From an uncultured delta proteobacterium (lineage in GTDB: Bacteria; Desulfobacterota; Binatia; Binatales; Binataceae): a DNA stretch of 64,000 bases. Shown piece by piece: positions 58,256 to 64,000 of this stretch; positions within the stretch are counted from its first letter, which is position 1, and each line of letters opens with the position of its first letter. The notes under the pieces were generated by a model. That model had not been told where the DNA came from. It worked only from the letters and a program-made list of their open reading frames with translations, and did not search any database. A program made the translations under genes and the position numbers. The stretch is taken from the NCBI GenBank assembly GCA_963810495.1, contig CAWENP010000004.1, forward strand, positions 12,860 through 76,859, written 5' to 3'.

Positions 58256-58657
58256 CTAGTCTTTCCGGACCGCGATGCACTCGATTTCAATATCAAACGG
58301 GCCCGTCCATACCGGCACACAGAAGAAAATGCGGGCTGGCGGATTTTTGGGAAAGTAGCGCTTGTAAAGTTCGTTGAATGCCTTGAAGCGCTCCGGGCTT
58401 ACACAGATTACGTTGACCTTCAGGACGTGCTCGAGGTCGGATCCCGCCGCCTCAAGTGCCGTCTTCAACTCTTCCAGGCAGCGTTCGGCCTGCTGTTCAA
58501 AAGGCGCGTGGACGAGAAGTTCTCCGGTCTTGGGATCAAATGGCGGCAGACCCGAGACGAAGATCATGTCGCCGGCGCGAGTGCAGACCGAGACCGGCAC
58601 ACCCCATTTCTCGAAATTGCTGTCAAACGGTTCGACGCGGATAATTTCCCTCTTCAC
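58256..58657 (-). CDS. RidA/YjgF-family enamine/imine deaminase
   Basis: 133 aa with the typical RidA core (GDMIFVSG...NVICVSPERFKAFNELY...EIECIAV). Confidence 0.82.
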   Translation of the reverse strand: MKREIIRVEPFDSNFEKWGVPVSVCTRAGDMIFVSGLPPFDPKTGELLVHAPFEQQAERCLEELKTALEAAGSDLEHVLKVNVICVSPERFKAFNELYKRYFPKNPPARIFFCVPVWTGPFDIEIECIAVRKD

Positions 58658-58900
58658 GATCTGTCTCCTTGTACGATTTGGTTGTTTCCGTCGACGTCCA
58701 TGAAGACGTTGTCCTGGCCGAAGTGAGCCTTGAAGCGATCAAGAATTCGGCCGGCGATTGATGATTTCTCCTTGATGGCTGGCCCATCAACTATGATGAC
58801 CGTTATACGAAATAGACGAACGCGGTCCTGCCCTGCGCCTTATTCCAACCTGTTCTAAAGCGGCCGTGTCTAACCGTACTCCGGTGACAAGCATTCGGCA

Positions 58901-60308
58901 CTACCTCGCACGCTTGGCAGCGGAGATGGGAGGGACGTTACCAAAGAGGAGGATAAGCCCTTCCGGCATGGTGGGATGAGCGATGACCGCGTCGCGTATC
59001 GCGGTGTACGGCAATCCGGCAAGCATCGTCATCTGCACGGTTGCCATGACGTCTCCAGCGCCGGCGCCAAACATGGTGAATCCGAGGATGCGGTCGCTTT
59101 CCGTCTCGATCAACACCTTCATAAATCCGCGCGTTTCAGAAATCGTCATCGCGCGAAGGACGGCAGCCATGGGCAACTTGGCAACGCGATAAGGGATGCC
59201 GCGCTGTTTCGCCTCCGTTTCGCTGAGTCCGATACGGGCCAACTCCGGGTCGGTGAACATGCAGAACGGAACCTGGCGGCCGGTCGTCACGCGATTGCCG
59301 CCGGCGATGTTGTCACTCACGACCCTGAAATCATCGGTTGAGATATGTGTGAATTGTGGGCTTCCGGCGCAATCTCCGATGGCCCAAACACCCTCGGCGG
59401 TCGTCTGCAAACGCTCGTTCACCTTCACATAGCCGCGGTCGGTCGTCTCCACTCCCGCCTTTTCGAGGCCGATGCCGCTCGTATTTGGCGTACGTCCTCC
59501 GGCTACCAGCAGGTGCGTGCCTTCCAGGGAAAGTTCGGCTCCGTCGCGCGAGCCGAGGAGCCTGATCCACTCGCCGGAGTTGCCCTTGACGCGGGTTATT
59601 TTTGCATTCGTCACGACGGTGATGCCTTCATCCCGGCACATTTCTTCCAGTCCCTGCGAGATATCTTCGTCTTCGTGGTGCGCGAGGCGGCTATTGCGGT
59701 CGATCAGCGTGACCTCGGCGCCGAAACGGCGGAAGGCCTGGGCGAGTTCGAGTCCGACATAACCAGCGCCCAGAACCAGGAGGTGTTTCGGGATGTGATC
59801 AAGTTCCAAGTGCCTCGATGTGGGTAAGCGGCTTCGCCTCGGCCAATCCCGGAATTGGCTCAAGCGTGGCGCGCGAGCCGGTGTTGATGACGACATTTTT
59901 GCCGCGGAATGTGCGTGTCCCGCCGTCGTTCAAGGCAACTTCGATGGTTTTCGGGCCAACGAAGCATCCTGTGCCCATCACCAGTTCCGCGCCGCTCTTC
60001 GTGAAGTAGTGGTCGCGAAAAATATCGACAACGTTCCTCACCATCTTGCGCTTGCGCTCACGCACGGCTGCCATGTTGATGCGAACATTCTCTTTGCTGA
60101 TGCCGAATTCGTTGCTGCGATAAAAGAACGAGGCAACCTTGGCGCTGTGGATGATGTTCTTGCTGGGCAGGCACGCGATGTTCGGGCACGAACCGCCCAC
60201 ATATTTGCGCTCGATCACAACCACGCGTTGTCCCTTTTGTGCGAAGGTCCAGGCAAGAATTTTGCCGCCGGTGCCGCTGCCGAGCACGAGGAGATCGTAT
60301 TCTTCCAT
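58901..60308 (-). CDS. Class I FAD-dependent pyridine-nucleotide disulfide oxidoreductase (dihydrolipoamide-dehydrogenase/mercuric-reductase-like core) with an apparent frameshift near 59812
   Basis: N-terminal FAD motif DLLVLGSGTGG and the redox-active CPNIAC are in the 59799-60308 ORF. The NAD motif LLVLGAGYVGLE and the dimerisation domain are in the 58901-59896 ORF. The join reads gcacttggaactt, where one fewer g gives ALELDHIPKH. Confidence 0.78.
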
Positions 60309-60351
60309 GGTTTTCTTCCCTTTTATGAGTTTTTAGCCTCTACCGCAAATT

Positions 60352-60405
60352 TGACGATTCCGCGCGTTGAAGACGGGGCGGGGGCGGCGCGGGCCGGTAA
60401 CGAGC
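60352..60405 (-). repeat. 53-bp dispersed repeat, copy 2, directly 3' of the ISL3 transposase remnant
   Basis: See copy 1. Confidence 0.6.
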
Positions 60406-60467
60406 CAGGCGACGCGGTGGGGCTGGGTGCTGGTAAGCACCGGGCCCGCTGGCGCGTGCCGGCGACC

Positions 60468-60883
60468 TCAGAGCTTGGGCAACATGCAGGTCAGGACCTT
60501 CAGTCGCAGATACTCCTCATCGCGCAGCCCGTAGGCCCGGCGCTGGATGACGCGGATCTTGTTGTTGAGTCCTTCGACGAAGCCCAAGGAGACCTTGTTC
60601 TCGGGGCGACAGTAGGCGGCAATCCCGCCCCAGGCCCTCGCAGCCTGACGAACTTCCTCGTACGGCTTGAGGCGTTGCCACTTCAGGCCGCTCTCCAATT
60701 CTCGAAGAAGCGGCGCGCCCAGCCCTCGCGGTGGTAATCCCAGAGCTGGCCGAAGGCCTCCTTGAGCAGGTAGGCGGTGTTCAGTCGTTTGTTGGCCGCC
60801 AACAACTGCTTGAGGGCGCGGCGGCCGTCGAGCGTCAGGTTCTCCCGGTGCGAGAGCAGCATGTTCTTCTCCCCCCGCATCAA
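60468..60883 (-). pseudogene. ISL3-family transposase remnant (C-terminal 130 aa, frameshifted and 5'-truncated)
   Basis: Two overlapping frames encode LNTAYLLKEAFGQLWDY...ARRFFENW and SLGFVEGLNNKIRVIQRRAYGLRDEEYLRLKVL, the conserved ISL3 C-terminal motifs. Confidence 0.65.
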
Positions 60884-61508
60884 GTGCAGAAATGTACAAG
60901 AACATAGCCTGTTATTTATCCAATGCTAGGTTCTGATGAAAAGTTTTATCGCTCATCAGAGATTTGGCTCAGATACGATGGTTTGAAGCCGATGCTCGGC
61001 TAATTTGCCTACACCGCACGCCAGCCGGGCTGTTCGGGGTCAACTAGCTTGACGTCGACGGGCGACATGCCGCATATGGCGATCACCGCGGGCTCCGAGC
61101 CGCCGGCGATAACGCCGTCGTAATGCGGTGTGCCGGCCACCCGGAGAACGATACTTCTGGCTAAATTGGCAAGCGTCTTCAGGAAAATCCCGCCATATGC
61201 CACAGCAGTCCCGAGAGAAAAATAGCCTTGATAAGTCATTGAATGATTTGCAGAAGAAGGGAAAGCATGGCGAGCTTGTAATTGAGCCTCCTGACCGAGG
61301 TCGCTTGAGGCTGGCATTATCAACTCTTCCGGAGCCCGAAAAGGTGGCCGACCCAAATAGTTGTTCGTCAGGCTATTTTCTTCTGACTCATACCCTAGCT
61401 TACTTAGCCCATTCTTTATCCATTAAACCTGATTGACGACCCATGTCCGGCGCTGTATCATTGGCTCGCCAATTAGCGCAGACGCTCGTTGGCGCCCTCG
61501 CCCTCACC

Positions 61509-61883
61509 CTATTCGTTCGCGATGTCCGGCGTGACCCGTCCCATCTCCATCGCCTGACTGGCTGGCACGTCCTGAATGCCGATGACAATCTGGTCATCGG
61601 GCGCTCCCGTCGGGGTCTGAAACAGTTTCCAAAGACGCTGTATCAATTCCCGCTTATATTCAGGTGGACGCCCGACCCGCATCAAAAGCGTGAGCGCGGC
61701 AGTTGCCGCTGGTTCTCCGGCGGTGAACCCGCTGCCCGGCGAATAGTCCTGAAACACGACATGCACCCAATTTTTCGGCACACCCGCATATTCGGAATGC
61801 AGGGTCGTCAGTTCCATCGCGGGCTTGGCCTTGGCGTCACTGCTGAGTGCGCCGTCTTGAGTAATCAAGGTGTAGAGCGGCAT
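61509..61883 (-). CDS. Tautomerase-family protein (4-oxalocrotonate-tautomerase-like, catalytic Pro1)
   Basis: The chosen start gives MPLYTLITQDG..., with Pro directly after the initiator Met as in the tautomerase superfamily. The track ORF extends to 61937. Confidence 0.55.
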   Translation of the reverse strand: MPLYTLITQDGALSSDAKAKPAMELTTLHSEYAGVPKNWVHVVFQDYSPGSGFTAGEPAATAALTLLMRVGRPPEYKRELIQRLWKLFQTPTGAPDDQIVIGIQDVPASQAMEMGRVTPDIANE

Positions 61884-61990
61884 GGGAGCAACTCCCATAC
61901 TGATGTTTCGCAGGCGTTCGCGTTGACGGTGGCCCACATAAGCGGGCCGCTGGAAAATTAAGTTGTCTTAATTATTGCCTTATTATTGCC

Positions 61991-62932
61991 TCATACCGCG
62001 CGACGCCGGCGGCGCGATTGCCGGGTCCGTGCCGCAGGCCGCGCCGTCCGCGCCGGTGTGGATCGACGTGAAGGCGGCTGTCCGGCAGCCGCTGCAAGCG
62101 TGAAATCGAATTCGATCGCGTCCGGCGCTCGTTCGCCCTTGCCGTTTGCCGCGCGGCTCTTGTGATAGGCAACGGTCAAGGATTGCTTCGCGCCGAATAC
62201 CGCGTCCGATTCGATGTAGGAATCGCCGGCAATATACAGTGCGGTAATCAGTGGCTCGTATCCCTCGGCAGTGATTATGAAGTGGATATGCGCCGGACGG
62301 TACGGATGGCGCCCTTGCGCGCGAAGCAGCACGCCCACCGGCCCGTCATCCGGGACAGGGTAGCTTTTCGGCTTGACCGAGCGAAACTCGTAGCGCCCGT
62401 CGGCGCCGGTGCGGAACCTGCCGCGCAGGTTCATCCCCGTCTGATGCTCGTCCTGGATGTCGTACAAACCGTTGGGCGCGGCCTGCCACACGTCCAGCAG
62501 CGCCTCGGCGAGCGGCCGCCCGCGAGCGTCCGTCACCTGCCCGCGCAACACGATTGCCTCTCCCGGCGTAGTGCCCGCGATGCTGGCGCCGAGCGGTTGC
62601 TCCGGCGCGCCGTTGCGATAGAAGGGCCCCAGCAGGCTCGAATCGGTGCCGTGCCCCAGGCGCCGATGCCGCACCAGGTCAACCATCGCACTCACTCCAA
62701 GCGTGTCGGAGAGCAGGATGAACTCCTGGCGCTTGTCGTCGGTGATGTGGCCCACGGCGGTCAGGAACTCGATTCCCGTTTTCCATTCAGCCGGAGTCAG
62801 TCCGGTCTCGCGCACGAAGCCGTGCATATGGCGGATGAGGGAAGTCATGATCTCCTTCATCCGTGGATTGGGCGCCTTGGCAAGGCGCGCGAGCGCTGCC
62901 GCCGTGAGGCCGTTTTCAGTCAGTGTTTTCAT
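61991..62932 (-). CDS. Intradiol ring-cleavage dioxygenase (hydroxyquinol/catechol 1,2-dioxygenase family)
   Basis: N-terminal helical Dioxygenase_N-like region, then a core with the Fe ligands (Y...Y...HIHF). ATG at 62932. The low-complexity C-terminal tail may be read-through. Confidence 0.78.
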   Translation of the reverse strand: MKTLTENGLTAAALARLAKAPNPRMKEIMTSLIRHMHGFVRETGLTPAEWKTGIEFLTAVGHITDDKRQEFILLSDTLGVSAMVDLVRHRRLGHGTDSSLLGPFYRNGAPEQPLGASIAGTTPGEAIVLRGQVTDARGRPLAEALLDVWQAAPNGLYDIQDEHQTGMNLRGRFRTGADGRYEFRSVKPKSYPVPDDGPVGVLLRAQGRHPYRPAHIHFIITAEGYEPLITALYIAGDSYIESDAVFGAKQSLTVAYHKSRAANGKGERAPDAIEFDFTLAAAAGQPPSRRSTPARTARPAARTRQSRRRRRAV

Positions 62933-63125
62933 CGCGCACCCTCGTCTTCGCTGATAGAGCGTTTTGAACCTCTCTTTGTCCAACGAGAGATCGCCGCGAG
63001 CATCGCGAGCGGCGGGAGATGTTCGTCTGAATTCCACTGGGGCACAGGCACTTCGAGCGGCTCGCGAAAATCGATCATCGGACCTCTCCGTAACCCTCTC
63101 CTTGGGACAAGCAGAGGGAACAACA

Positions 63126-63905
63126 TCACGCGCCTGATGCGTGCGCTCGCGCGGTGCGCTCGTTCAGATCGCGCAACACCGCCAACTCGGCGGCCGACGG
63201 CGGCGCGGTCTGCACCAGGTTCGCCGCGACCCTTAGCGGCCATCCGGTAGCCGCTATCGCCTGTTCGGCCGTGACTCCGGAATGCAGGCTGGTGAGCGTA
63301 AGCTCTTTGGTTAGGGGATCGGGCGTGAGAATTCCGAGGTCGGTTATCACGGCGCTGGGGCCGCGGCCCGGCATCCCGAGCTTATCGCGGCTGTCGCCGC
63401 CCTCGAGGTAGCCGGCCGAGGTGACGAAGTCGAGCCTGGCGACGAAGGCGCGCTTGCTCTGGCGCAGCATGACCAACACCTCGCGCGCGCTGCACGCGAT
63501 CTCGGCCGCACCGCCGGCGCCCGGCAGCCGCACTTGCGGCGAGCGGTAATCCCCGACCACGGTGGTGTTGAGATTGGCGAAGCGATCGATCTGGGCGGCG
63601 CCCAGGAAGCCGACGTCCACTCGGCAACCTTGCAGCCAGTAGGCGAAGATCTCCGTGATCGAGACCACGGTATCGGCGGTCTCGGCCAACTCTCCGTCGC
63701 CGATCGAGAGCGGCAGCACGCTCGGTTTCGCGCCGATCGTGCCCGATTCATAAATCAGCACCGCGTTGGGTGCGTGCGTGAGCCGGGCCAGGTTGGCCGC
63801 GGCGCTCGGCAATCCGATTCCGACGAAGCACACGACTCGATCGCGCAGCATCCGCGCCGCCGCGACCGTCATCATCTCGTCGGCGCTGTATTGCGACTCA
63901 GCCAT
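63126..63905 (-). CDS. Family-I CoA-transferase beta subunit (glutaconate/3-oxoadipate CoA-transferase subunit B type)
   Basis: MMTVAAARMLRDRVVCFVGIGLPSAAANLA...ESG and LDFVTSAGYLEGG...GMPGRGPSAVITDLGI match the GctB-like pattern. Confidence 0.78.
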   Translation of the reverse strand: MAESQYSADEMMTVAAARMLRDRVVCFVGIGLPSAAANLARLTHAPNAVLIYESGTIGAKPSVLPLSIGDGELAETADTVVSITEIFAYWLQGCRVDVGFLGAAQIDRFANLNTTVVGDYRSPQVRLPGAGGAAEIACSAREVLVMLRQSKRAFVARLDFVTSAGYLEGGDSRDKLGMPGRGPSAVITDLGILTPDPLTKELTLTSLHSGVTAEQAIAATGWPLRVAANLVQTAPPSAAELAVLRDLNERTARAHASGA

Positions 63906-64000
63906 TGGCTGCCTGATGCGGACGCTTGCCGCCCGCCGGAGCGAGGCTGCGCCGGAACTCCGCGAAGTCCGCGGTCGCCATCACGTGGCGCTCGATCCAA
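63897..64000 (-). CDS. Partial ORF (C-terminus only) ending ...HQAANG, overlapping the start of the CoA-transferase B gene; possibly the alpha subunit
   Basis: Translational coupling (ATGGCTGA overlap). Too short to classify. Confidence 0.25.

Noticed and set aside
59820-60737. 305-aa plus-strand ORF
   Set aside because: Antisense to the disulfide oxidoreductase N-terminal half and running through the ISL3 remnant; no motifs.
61009-61356. 115-aa minus-strand ORF in a lower-GC patch (60880-61440)
   Set aside because: No start context or family match. The region looks like residual mobile-element or foreign DNA next to the ISL3 remnant.
62162-63250. 362-aa plus-strand ORF
   Set aside because: Antisense to the intradiol dioxygenase and CoA-transferase genes.
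1-64000. CRISPR arrays, rRNA genes, complete tRNA genes
   Set aside because: No regularly spaced short direct repeats, no rRNA-like conserved blocks and no full cloverleaf were found by eye. Only the tRNA 3' fragment at 14539-14566 was seen.

Overview
This is a high-GC (about 65%) bacterial chromosomal segment whose most notable feature is a triplicated RND/MMPL-type exporter family, one copy with its full DUF1302/DUF1329/BNR partner set, plus a novel bactofilin–DUF1329 fusion protein. All identifications below were read from the sequence and the supplied ORF track; no database search was run.

Gene content, left to right:
- Pyruvate:ferredoxin oxidoreductase (63-3674, minus strand).
- An aa3-type cytochrome c oxidase operon (4426-12296): coxB without a cytochrome c domain, coxA, two subunit-III paralogues flanking a small subunit-IV-like protein, a plastocyanin-like cupredoxin, a coiled-coil outer-membrane porin, a small mono-haem cytochrome c, and heme O synthase ctaB.
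- An insertion sequence of about 2 kb (12449-14432) with a frameshifted DDE transposase, followed by a 3' fragment of a tRNA gene (14539-14566).
- Three paralogous RND/MMPL-type exporters (16581-18983, 22993-25434, 26723-29167). The third is embedded in a complete four-gene module: a periplasmic BNR/Ycf48-like beta-propeller, the RND exporter, a DUF1302 outer-membrane protein and a DUF1329 periplasmic protein, with rho-independent terminators.
- A Tad-like pseudopilin cluster (34899-38640) interrupted by a tandem duplication of an excisionase/BldC-like HTH gene and a DUF2786-like gene.
- Two paralogous Crp/Fnr regulators.
- A 4.6-kb segment bracketed by inverted repeats of about 140 bp (42875-43010 and 47540-47673). 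It encodes an HTH protein, a free bactofilin, Crp-2 and a 756-aa bactofilin–TM–DUF1329 fusion protein.
- Further genes: MFS transporter, gluconokinase, aldo-keto reductase, formamidase, an LpxH-like phosphoesterase, an MGDG-synthase-like glycosyltransferase and a GH1 beta-glucosidase.
- An aromatic-catabolism cluster (56336-64000): beta-ketoadipyl-CoA thiolase, RidA, a disulfide oxidoreductase, an ISL3 transposase remnant, a tautomerase, an intradiol dioxygenase and CoA-transferase subunits.

At least six genes carry apparent single-nucleotide frameshifts, which points to assembly indel errors or pseudogenisation. No rRNA, intact tRNA or CRISPR array was found.
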